From contig NC_068993.1 in the NCBI RefSeq assembly GCF_001194135.2, positions 28,299,444 through 28,363,443 on the forward strand: a stretch of 64,000 nt of DNA, read 5' to 3'. Shown one piece after another: positions 53,528 to 64,000 of the stretch. A program made the translations under genes and the position numbers. Every line of letters starts with the position of its first letter. Positions within the stretch are counted from its first letter, which is position 1. Under the pieces are notes generated by a model. The model did no database searches. It was not told where the DNA came from and saw nothing but the letters and a program-made list of their open reading frames with translations. This DNA comes from Octopus bimaculoides. Lineage: Eukaryota.

Positions 53528-54150
53528 AGGGAGCTAACAAAAATAATTTTATGGTATCCAGCCATAGAAAGCTAGATGAGGACAGCCAGCTTGTCCAATG
53601 CATGCCAGCAAGAACAGCAGACAAAACAATGAAGACAATGATGATACCTGATGGTATGTTCAGCAACACACAGTTATGAATAATTCTTTATTATTCTCGT
53701 TTCAACTTTTGGACTATTTACTTTAGCAATCTCTATTTGCCGTGAGAAACAACTCAAAGAGAGGGCATGTATACACAAATGCACATGACTTCTGCAATTT
53801 TTGCCTACCACATTTACTCACAAAGAATTATAGATGACACTTGCCCAAGATGTCACATAGTGGGAGTGAACTCAAAATCATATGGCTATGAAGCTATACC
53901 TGTACCTAATCTTTTATAAAAAAAAATTTTAATCATGTATGCATGCATGTTATCTGAAGGATTGAGAGACTGGATAACATCAGAATGACAGCTAGGGTGG
54001 GGAACTGTGTGTGTATAGACACACACATTCACACAAGCATATGTTCTTATGAATAGTCATAATTTAGTTCCAGATCCATCAAGAACTCAACATTGTACTT
54101 AGCATTCAATTTTTAACAATTACTTTGTTTAAAAACTGATTTCTGCCTAC

Positions 54151-54219
54151 CTTATAATCCAAACCACATTTGTCTGGACCAAACATAATTGTGTAAGATG
54201 TTTTATCATGAAAATGAAC
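54151..54219 (-). CDS. CANX: Calnexin exon: VHFHDKTSYTIMFGPDKCGLDYK
   Basis: 69 nt, phase 0/0; tttcag|GTT ... AAG|gtaggc; calreticulin-family IMFGPDKC signature. Confidence 0.96.
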
Positions 54220-55109
54220 CTGAAATAAAGAAAATTTATAAATGAAAATATTATAAAAATAGGAAAAAGGAGTTTGTTCAAAACATTTTGAAAGGATTAT
54301 TTTGAGGACACCCACCAAGAGACAGCTACTCATATATGATGAGTTTAATGTAGAATGAATCATTGTATACAAACCACTGCTCACATTCTAAAAGAACCAT
54401 AATCCAAATCTGAGGTACAGAAGTCTAATTAGAACAAAAAAGGGCTCTAGCCGTAAAGTGAGTACAAGAGTGAAATACATTACCTTTTTTCAAGTCATTT
54501 GTTTTAATTAACTAAGTTTAACAAAGATAGGTTTGTAACTACTCAAAGTGCCTATTTACAATAGAGATGATCTATTAGCCACAAATTTTAGGAAACAAAG
54601 TGTAGTCTCTTCAGCTAGTATGCTGACATATTAACTTGTTTAGTTCTAATATCAGACCAATATACATTCAAAGAATACAGTTAAAATAAAACATTTTTCT
54701 GACAATTTAAAATAAATACTTAAACTTTATAATCTTTGATCAGTAGTTAAGAGATGCAAGACTTCTGGGTTTCCGTTTTGATTTTTTTAAATCTTAGAGT
54801 TATCCTTATTACTCCAATTAAAAATAAGTTCCACTAGGCTAGGTGAGAGGCTCAAGATGGTTTCTAAGTCTGCTCCCAATTACATAAACAATTAACAAAA
54901 GTGTGGTGTAATCTACCTGATCATATCTACATACAAGGGATGGCTAAGCTACTCTAACAGTCTTCTTTGCTTCACATATGTTAGCTTTTACATGAGCAAT
55001 AAAGTACAAGACTAGAAGGGAATGATACAACAGAAAGGTACAGTACTATGAGGAAGGTTCATTCCATCTAATCAAAACTAATGGATTCCAAATATGATAA
55101 TACATATAA

Positions 55110-56210
55110 CAACATCATCATTTGGTGGCCATTTTCCATGAGGGCATGGGTTTGACATGGAGTTGGCCAGCCAGGGAGCTGTCCAGACTACATTTGTCTC
55201 TTTCAGCATGGTTTCTACAGCTGAATGCCCTTCCTAATGCCAACCACTTTAAAGGGTGTACTGGGTGCATTTTACAAGCCACTGGCATGGGTGCATTTAC
55301 ACAACATCAACTTGAGTGCATTTTATGTGGCACCAGCACCTGAAAGGACAAGCCTGTATGTATGGAATGACAGTGATTTTACTTAGCTTGACGCATCCTC
55401 TCAAGTACAGCAAGTCACCACAACTCCCAGTGTCTGAAGATCTGTTCTCACCACTTCATCCCACTTCTTTCTGGGTTTACCCCTTCCACAATTAGAGCTC
55501 ACCTCATCCATATGCATCACATGGCCAAACTAGTGCAGTCTTTTCTCTTGCACACTACATCTGATGCTCTTATACCAAGTTTTCCTCTTAAATCATTTAC
55601 ACACTCTTGTGCATGCACACTAACATTAATCATCCAGCAGAGTATGCTAGCTTCATTTCTTACAAGCCTTTGCAAGTCCTCTGTAGTCAAAAGCCCGTTT
55701 CACTGTCATGTAGCATAGCTGTATACACACAAGCATTATACAATTTGCCTTTCACTCTGAGGGATAGGCCCTTAGTTATCAACAAAGGTAGAAGCTCTCT
55801 GAACTTTGCCCAGTCTATTCTTATTCTAACAACTACACTTTCAGAACTTCCTCCTCCACTGTTAACTTGGTCGCCTAGGAAACAGAAGCTATCTACTGCT
55901 TCTAAGGATCTCCCCAAGAATTTGAGTGAGTCTATTGTCTGTGCATTTTTATTGCTTATTGTACCCACACATTTGCCACACACAATGACTATTTTCTCTA
56001 TTAACCTTTCTGTGATATTGCTGTGTCTCTTCTGTGTCCAAAGCTTGGACTGGGTATCACGTATGGAGTTTTTACCAACACCCTTCTTACATATCAAGCA
56101 AAGCTATCTTCCTGAAGGGACTTGTGATTTGCCTGATTTCCTATTTATTAGGACTTTGGTTTTTACTAAGAGGCCCTTAGATTCCAGGCCTTGCTTCCAC
56201 ACCTGAAATT
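55110..56210 (-). mobile_element. RTE 3' portion (RT C-terminus plus tail)
   Basis: LEAVDSFCFLGDQVNSGGGSSESVVVRIRIDWAKFRELLPLLITKGLSLRVKGKLYNACV. Confidence 0.85.
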
Positions 56211-56879
56211 TCTTCTCTAAGTCAGGTAGTTATTCAGCTATAAGAACAAGGTCATTAGCACAGAGGAGTTTCCAGGGATAACTGTTCTCGAATTCCTCTT
56301 AAGGAGGACTAAGATAAACAAGAGAGGGCTGAGAACTGATCCTTGATGAACTCCTACTTGTATGGGGGAAGGATGTTAATCTTACTTTATTTTCAGAACC
56401 CTCTGAAAAGTTGTGGCTGGGTCTAAATATCACCCACTGTACATATCTCTTGAAGGTTGGTAACCCCTCAAAATGGTGAAAAATCGCATTCTAATACATA
56501 TAATGCATGATTTTGAATGAAACTACATAAAAACTATAACTTTAATTTACTAATAAGTATACTAATATAAAATATTCTAACTAATAAAACTTTTGCAAGA
56601 TGGTGGTCAAAATTCACAATTTAGATCGATGGATTTCAGGGTATATTAGATAGGTGGCTTATTTTTGTCATTTCATATGTTTGTGAGGTCCAGAAGTTCA
56701 AATCTTTTGTTTAAAATGGGTTACAAAATGTTGTAAGCCAAATGCTGAATTTATATGCTCCACCAACCTTCATTTTTCAAAAGACCCAGTATACACCAGT
56801 GTAATAAGTAGAAGGGGCTTTGATAACAGTGGGTAATAAACTGTTTGGTAGAAGTTGGAAGGCATATGATCAGGCAGAT

Positions 56880-58152
56880 TTCATCAATCTAGACACTTCA
56901 CCTGCACCCTGTAACATGAGAGACTGGTAAAAGTATTGAACTCTTGGCATTGGACAAAAAAGTCAGTTGTTACTTATTCTGATGATGGATCTAAAAAAAC
57001 AGGGAGCTGGATCTTTCTCCGTCCAGGAGTTGACCTCTGCGGTTTTTCAGTTGGAGGGCACAGAACTAAAGAGGCTGCACAATATGCACCATATGGCGGT
57101 CAACTGGACGATGTTTTTGGCTAGGAAGGTCGACCCCAATGTCACCAAGGAGAGCGTCCAGAGGATAGTCAGGAACTGTAAGAGGTGCTAATAGATTGAT
57201 CCTATCCAAACACACAAGAACCAGGAAAGACTCAGGCAGAGGAAGAATGGAAGAGGCTAGCCATTGATGACACACTATTGGGGAAAGGTGTACTTTTCAC
57301 TGGTCGACTGTGGAACAGGGCGAATGGCTATATGGAGAGAAATCAGGGCGGAAACTGCTGCCGAGGTCACAGAGGTGCTGAATGTGGTGCATTTGGAAAA
57401 GGGGCCTGTAGACGAGCTATTGATGGATAACTGCAGTTTTTCGCTCAAAGTAGCTGAAAGAGATGCTCGGAAGATGGAGCACAAGACACTTTTTCAGAGC
57501 TGTATGCAGGCCAGGTGGAAACGGGATTGTGGAACAGCCCCACTGTATGATTAAAGCCAAAGCTGAGAGGGGACAAATCTCCCCCATGGAAGCAGTCTTC
57601 TGGTATATGTTGCCCAGGGTAGTGCAAGCCAAAGAGTTGGTCCTGCACAGGGCTGTATTCCGATACAAATAGGGACACCAGAGCGTGGTGCCACAACAGC
57701 AAGAGGTGGAAGGGATTACATCTGTGCAGGTTGGAGATGAAGTGTCGGTGAAGTCTCTGAACACTTGGTGCACAATGCAGTGGGGAAAAGGAAAGGTGAC
57801 CATGATCAGTACTCTGAATAATGTATCAGTGGGTGGAATGCCATGTCATGACCTGGATATTAGAAGGGTGATTAGCTCTTGTAATGATGAAGGGGAGGAG
57901 GAAGGTGGCCCCAAGACCCTACGGAGATCTCCAAGGGAATGTCATCCCCCCAGGTGGATGGATGATTATGAGAGAGAACAGGGGAGATGTGATCTTTAGA
58001 TCAGTGGGGGCATATGGTGGAAGGAAGACTGGAAGCAACAAGGGATGGCGTATCGTCAGCAAGTGAGAAAAGTTTTTCCCTGCATTTTGCTTTTCCTAGG
58101 GATGCAAGCAGTGACAGACGCCAGTTGTGGAGATAGAGAGGTTGTGACAACA
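56880..58152 (+). mobile_element. Gypsy LTR-retrotransposon remnant: integrase, PPT and partial 3' LTR
   Basis: HNMHH...CKRC zinc finger; THYWGKVYFSLVDCG; ELLMDN; GNGIVE; VQVGDEV; purine tract agtgggggc; end TGACAACA at 58152. Confidence 0.8.
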
Positions 58153-58169
58153 CGGATGAAGAACTGATC

Positions 58170-59830
58170 AATCTGCCAGCAGTACCTGATTGCTAGTCAA
58201 GGTAAAAACAATTTTACTTATGTGCCTTCAAACCACAGTTTCACTACTAGAAGCAGCAAGTAATATCCCAGTTAAAACACTATTTGAAAAAATTGATTTT
58301 ATCTTGGACCAAACATCACACAATGTTGGGGTTGAAGAGACTGTAGCAGAACATGTACCTGAACATCTGTTTTGCAATGTGCATCCTTCACTTATGTTCA
58401 ATTGAGTAATAACTAAATAGTGGAGTGACATTGAGAATGTGACTGGATGAGACAAAATTTATTCAAGTTTCCTTGTAAATGCAACATCAAACTCATCTAG
58501 TGTCACTGAACAGACTCTTGATTGTATAACAAGATTAATCAATTGTGATTTTGATCACAAAGCCAGTAAATTTGACAAGCACATTCAACCACAGGTTGCC
58601 CTGAAGAATGAATAATTTAACTGTCACACTTTGACTTGTGCAATAACTTTTTATGACCTAGTTGATGTGGCATTGTATTTGACAAAATACAAGCATGTTA
58701 CAGACCAACTAGCTTGTATTGTACAATGTTTCCATAGATCTAGAGTTCCTCAGTCTTGTATTGCACAGGAGCACTGATTGGACTGTACCTTGTCGAATCA
58801 CTCCTTTTGCTTGCCACTTCAACAATCATGACCTACTCAAAATTTATACCTGCTTTCAAACAACTTTATGATGACCTTTCCAATCGATCCAAATTGATTG
58901 CTAAATGTACATAGTCCTGCACTTAGTTTTCTATCTTCTAGCAGATTCCAGGAAACCAGGTATGATGAAGATGCATGCTGTGCTGTTGAAGCTTTTGCAA
59001 CCAAGTTGAAGCCAAAGGTATTATCAAGGCTTCTTTCAAAGTTAGCAGATGGTTTCCAAAACCAGAAGAGAGTTCTGTTTGGTTTTGGAAACATCATCAA
59101 AGGATCTCCCCATGCTCTGGCAAACATGGACTAAGCTAAACTAGAGAGAGCTCCCATTCACAATCTCAACTCAGAACACAGTATGGGATTTATCAACTAT
59201 GAGTTGAGTTGTTGAGGTGCCAAGCAACTAAAATTAGCATCTTCTTTCCAAGTTAAATCCAAGTTGGCTGATCTGATTGAACGTTGAGAGTCCAAGGCAT
59301 TCAGGCAATATACCAAACTCGCCAAACCTGGGCGAATGCCTAACATCATTAAAGAATGGGATAACCACCAGCAGCAGTTAATGGTGGAGGGACTGGAGAA
59401 GAAGGAAATCACCAACATTGCAGTGGATAGATGATGAACAGCCAACTTGGATACTTTGAAAAATTATGGTGGACCATTTACTCGCAGCACCAAGATGACT
59501 TGGTGTGAGGTTCTCATACCATAATGGTTGTAAAAATATTACTCTATCATAAAAATTACAGAACTCGAGGAATGCCTTTTTTCCTTTTGTAAATTACTTA
59601 TTTGTTACTTGTTTATTCTACATCAAATTTGAGTTTTATGATCTCAAAAACATATATAAAGACATATCACATGAAATTCTTGGTAACAACTACTGATTTT
59701 GTTAAAAAATTGTGTATTTTGGCTGCCATCTTGGATTTCTGCCTTATTGGTGAATCAAATTGCAAAATACTATTTTTAGATTCAGCACATTAAAAAACTC
59801 ATGCTAAGCTAAAATACTATATATTTACGT
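58170..59830 (+). mobile_element. Unclassified decayed DNA-transposon-like coding remnant
   Basis: Broken ORFs (KIDFILDQTSHNVG...HLFCNVHPSL; APIHNLNSE) and subterminal tttagattcagcac motif; family not assignable. Confidence 0.35.
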
Positions 59831-59999
59831 ACACTATGGGGTTTAAATTGATTAAATTAGTATTTACAAGATTTACAGGGTATGTACGGTGGGGTTGCCA
59901 AAAATCGAAATTGCCAAAAATGTTTATATCAACTTTCCAGAGGCTTGAAAAAATTAAAATAACACCCCCCACCTACCTCTATACTGAATTGCTACACTC

Positions 60000-60770
60000 G
60001 TTGCCAACCTTCACCTTACTGGCAGCATCCCTGTACATAGCTTATACAGCTCTCACTAACCACTCATCTATCCCAAGCTTCTACGTTGACCATCACACAA
60101 GGGAGCGAGGGGACCCTGTCAAAGGCTTTCTCCATGTCAACAAAAGCCACATACAGAGGTTTATTTTTGGCTAAATACTTCTGCAGTTGCCTAACCAGGA
60201 ATATAGCCTCAGTTGTGCTCCTACCTGGCAAAAATCCAAACTGCATCTCATCTATGCTAACTCTCTTTCTAATTAATTGAGCTATTACCTTTTCTGTGAC
60301 TTTCAACAATTTTCCAGCAATTTGGTGCCTCTGTAATTATTTCTGCCTGAGGCATCAGTTTTGCCTTTGTAGCAGCTCACTATAATGCTGCTACACCAAT
60401 CATTGGGTATGACTCCTTCATAGACAACCTGATTAACTATATGAGTGACTAAGTCATATCTCACTCCACCAGATATTTTAAGCATCTCAGTGATGATTAC
60501 TGATGGGCTGGGGTTTTTCCCCGGTCTTCATATCTTTAATTGCTTTATCTACCAAGCTACTGTTGATTCAGATAGCTAGTCTCTCAGTTGGGTTTATATT
60601 AGGCAGACTCCTATTCCCATGCAGTCTCTACATTTAGCAGCCTTTCATAAAGGCATTTTCAGACCTCTTTCTTTGCAGAATCACTAAATGCAAGTGAACC
60701 ATCGTCCATGTGGACACACTTCTCTCCAATGACATCACAATTTTCTCTCACACACTGTCTTATGTATCAT
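60000..60770 (-). mobile_element. RTE reverse-transcriptase fragment
   Basis: IPNDWCSSIIVSCYKGK...NNYRG; DEMQFGFLPGRSTTEAIFLVRQLQ...AFVDMEKAFDRVP. Confidence 0.88.
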
Positions 60771-61424
60771 CAGTTCATCTTCTTGACTATTCTGAGCTGA
60801 ATGGTTCTGTAACTTGAAGCATTTTGTATATAAATTTTTGAATAGATATTTTTAACAGGCTACCATTCTTAGAAGCAACTACTAAACCATTTTTTAGCTG
60901 TAGATTGTATATAAACTGTTGTAAATAGACACAATGCTACACCAAAAGACAAATCTAATTCTAAGTCATAATTTTAAGTTAGAGAAATCAGTAGTTGAGC
61001 ACTTTAATCATGTAATTGCTGCTGTTCTTGGAATGGATGAATTTACTGAAGAACAATTTGGTCTAAAGCCTGCCAGAAAGTGATAAGAGTGGTTCAAATT
61101 TCAAGAAATGTAGAATAATAATCTTTCACTAGAAGAGGATGAATATGGGGTTTTGTATTCAACACACACATAAAAACAAGAATGCAAAGACACTCATGGA
61201 GGTCTACGTAAATAGAATTACATATAGAGTGAAAATGAGATATATTCATTTACAATGACAATTTCGCTCCAATGAAAGGCTCTACATAGATTGATAAATA
61301 GTTCTTCTCACATGTGGAAAAAAAAATTCTAAATTACCAATATAAAAATCTACATAAATAATCACCATCCAAGTTCAAAAAAGAAATCATTTGATGAGAG
61401 AAGTAAGAAATACATTTTACTCAC

Positions 61425-61503
61425 AAGGTCTAAATTATCTTTAGACAACAACTTCACATATGCCCCTCCACATTCAATACCATTTTGAAATTTAACTTCA
61501 TAC
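61425..61503 (-). CDS. CANX: Calnexin exon: (Q)YEVKFQNGIECGGAYVKLLSKDNLDL
   Basis: 79 nt; acceptor tctttttctgaaag|G, donor CTT|gtgagt; lectin-domain motif. Confidence 0.95.
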
Positions 61504-61734
61504 CTTTCAGAAAAAGAGAAAGGGACAGAAATAAAAAATTATAGTGTTAACTGAAAATAAAGTCTTTTATTTAGTTTATTTTGCTGGAGTAAAAAGAAAA
61601 TGCAAATAAAAAAAGCTTTGATTAAATTTTAACTTGAGAAAATTTCTAGATCTGAAGCCTGCTCGCAGCTTTGGTTTCCTGTGCCTTCTCACCTCATCCT
61701 ATTAACAAGCAATTTTATAGAATGTAGAAGTTTG

Positions 61735-63320
61735 CAATAGATAAATCTTTATTACAGGCACGAAGGCCTCATTTACAAAGAAGGGGGACATTACAAGGAC
61801 AGACAACACAAAACATGGGGTACATAGATCGAATTATGAGATGAATTGAGTAAATTACAATATGATGATGGAATGGCTTACGAGTCCCCCAAAACTCGCA
61901 GTTTCATTTCACAGTTTTCTTATACAGTTCTTATTCTTTCATTATTATGTATTGTTTCAACTCCTCCGCCGTTACGACGCTTGGCGAAGTGTTGTAGCCC
62001 ACATATAACCCACTTAGTTGGAAATCAAATCTGTTCATTTCTCGCAGTTTCTTCGCTATCCATTCCTCCACCACTATTGCTTTTGTTTCATCATCAAACG
62101 TTTCGGGTTCTAATTTCAGTCGCACCAATCCTTTTATCTTAGCTATCGTTTTTTCCGTTTCTACACCCTTATTGTAGAAAAGTATTGTTCTAATATTTTT
62201 AAAATCTACCTTTCCGATTATCCTTCCGTCTGCCTTCGCCTTTTCCTTCTGTTCCATCAACACAGTCCACCAGTTTAGCCACCTCTCCTATCTTGTCAAC
62301 TGTTTTTCCTGCTTTGTATCTTGGGTTTCAATCTTAGTTACGTTCTGTTCCTCGCTATCATTTCCATCTTCCATCATCTTTTTTTTCTTTCCCCTTTTCT
62401 TTCTTTTTGGGGACTTTGGCGGCGATTCAGTCCGCATACGCTTTTTTTTCTCCATGCTCCTCAGTCTCTTCCTGTTTTCCTTCTTCCTCTTCCTGTTCGA
62501 TCAGTACCATTTCCTCCTCACAGACTTGTTTCTTCTACGATTATTTCTCTGCGAGGGCACACCGCTTGCATGTGACCTCTACTTCTGCATTTGTAGCATA
62601 CTGGTTGCCTTCCCTCCACCACGATCCGTAAACGAGTGTCATCGGGAAGCACTAATTCCTCAGCAATGTTGTGCAGGTCCGGTAGGGTAATGTGAGCTAG
62701 AATTTCTACCCCAAAACCCCACCATTCGATTTCTCTCGACCTCTCCACCTTAATGATATCCACCTTGTCTTTGCATTTATATATTACAGCTGACACCAAC
62801 CATTCCATATCTATCTCCAACGGTACTCTACCAATCCTCACTCTCGCCGCCCTTCTACCGCAATACACTGGTAAAAGGGCCCATTTTTCCGTACTCAGAG
62901 GCATGGTAGAGTATTTCTTAGCTCCTTGCTCCGTCTTCAAATACACCTTCACCGTTCCGTATTTTTTTCCTCTCATAAACAGCACAACTTCGTCTGTGAT
63001 TTCCTTCAGGCACTTCTCAATCATTTCAGTGTCCGCTATTTCTATTTTCTTGGAGCCGATTCTTAAAGTTTTATATGTGATAATTTTCTTTTCTGCTTCT
63101 TCCATCACTTCTTTGGGAGGGTCGACCCTCAAACAGTCTCCCTCCTTCTTCAAATATTTGAAATGTTTCTTCAAATTTTCCATATCTACCTTCACCTCTC
63201 TCATTCCCATGTCGCTGGTCGGCCTGCCGCTGCTAACTGCAGCTGCGTAGCTGGTAGTCACATTAAACCACCTCAGCAATGGCTTTCAACAACAAAACAA
63301 TTCCAACAAAACGGCAATAG
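61735..63320 (-). mobile_element. Non-autonomous LINE-like element with gag/ORF1 (CCHC zinc knuckle), no RT
   Basis: ORF 62518-63279 with SYAAAV and CYKCRSRGHMQAVC; frameshifted acidic/basic continuation; 3' end ggccttcgtgcctgtaataaagat. Confidence 0.7.
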
Positions 63321-63721
63321 ATCAATATGAAATTCAGAAACAAGTTATGAAGTGGTGAGCAAAGAAAATGAGAAGGTAATAAATGACACTACATTCATAG
63401 CAACCTTTGTCTTCAATTCCAAAAGTGCACATTGTCTATTTTTAATAAGATTTTGTTAGCAGGTGGCCATGACCTTTGCAGGCCAGCCTTCCTAGACTTG
63501 TGAAATTGGCAGGGTTGATGTCTATCTGCAGGTCAATACCCTTCAAAATAAAAGGTGGGTCTATTCCAAATACTTTTGCAACAGCATAAATACCAGTAAA
63601 GGCACTAAAATTGCTAGGCAGTAGTGTTTAAAATGAACATGTTATGTCTACAACCATTCAAAAACTTTTAGAGCTTAATAAAAATTGATTAATAGTTAAT
63701 ATTCAAAACGGTAGAGTTAAA

Positions 63722-63805
63722 AGTACAGATTGGAGCCTGGTGTAGCCATCTGGTTTCACCAGTCCTCAGTCAAATCGTCCAACCCATGCTAGCATGGAAA
63801 GTGGA
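63722..63805 (+). repeat. RTE/SINE 3' tail fragment
   Basis: cagattggagcctggtgtagcc...gtccaacccatgctagcatgg. Confidence 0.8.
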
Positions 63806-64000
63806 CGTTAAACAGTGATGATGATTTTAGAAAGCAAATTTAATTTTTTTTTTTTTAATCAATTTTTAAATTATTACCATTATATTAACCCTTTTGCTCT
63901 GACTTTTGCACATCAGACTTTATTTTATCTTTTCACATTTTCCGCTTCTTTAGACCTTCATTATCTACCATAATTAAAATCTAAACTTTTTTTTTATCGC

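Larger units (their letters stand above)
9031..61503 (-). other. CANX: Calnexin gene span (multi-exon; 5' part not in window)
   Basis: 16 exons assembled by hand with GT/AG ends and consistent phases. The translation carries calnexin hallmarks: [49 protein letters not shown] repeats, [16 protein letters not shown] repeats, GLELWSM, PWLW TM helix + CC, acidic tail, RRRRSRKD*. Confidence 0.97.

Noticed and set aside
61504-64000. Upstream calnexin exons (signal peptide, HHAIS region)
   Set aside because: No matching translation found; they presumably lie beyond the window.

Overview
AT-rich, microsatellite- and transposon-dense animal DNA. The repeat families look cephalopod (Octopus-like); that assignment is inference. 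There are four N-gaps. The one host gene I can support is calnexin (CANX) on the minus strand. I traced 16 canonical coding exons by hand from 61503 down to the stop codon at 9031-9033. All have GT-AG boundaries and an unbroken phase chain, covering the lectin domain (from YEVKF), P-domain, transmembrane (TM) helix, acidic tail and the RRRRSRKD end. The 5' exons were not found and probably lie beyond 64000. The main finding is a 17th in-frame exon (25865-26011). It is a register-perfect paralog of the canonical TM exon (26349-26477) but lacks the juxtamembrane di-cysteine, so it is a candidate mutually exclusive, non-palmitoylatable membrane anchor. Each of the two TM exons is preceded by a near-identical ~162-bp direct repeat. 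The introns and the downstream flank hold decayed mariner/Tc1, pogo, Chapaev3-like, Penelope, RTE, Gypsy and SINE sequences, plus a gag/ORF1-only element. Most ORFs in the supplied track are microsatellite or TE artefacts.
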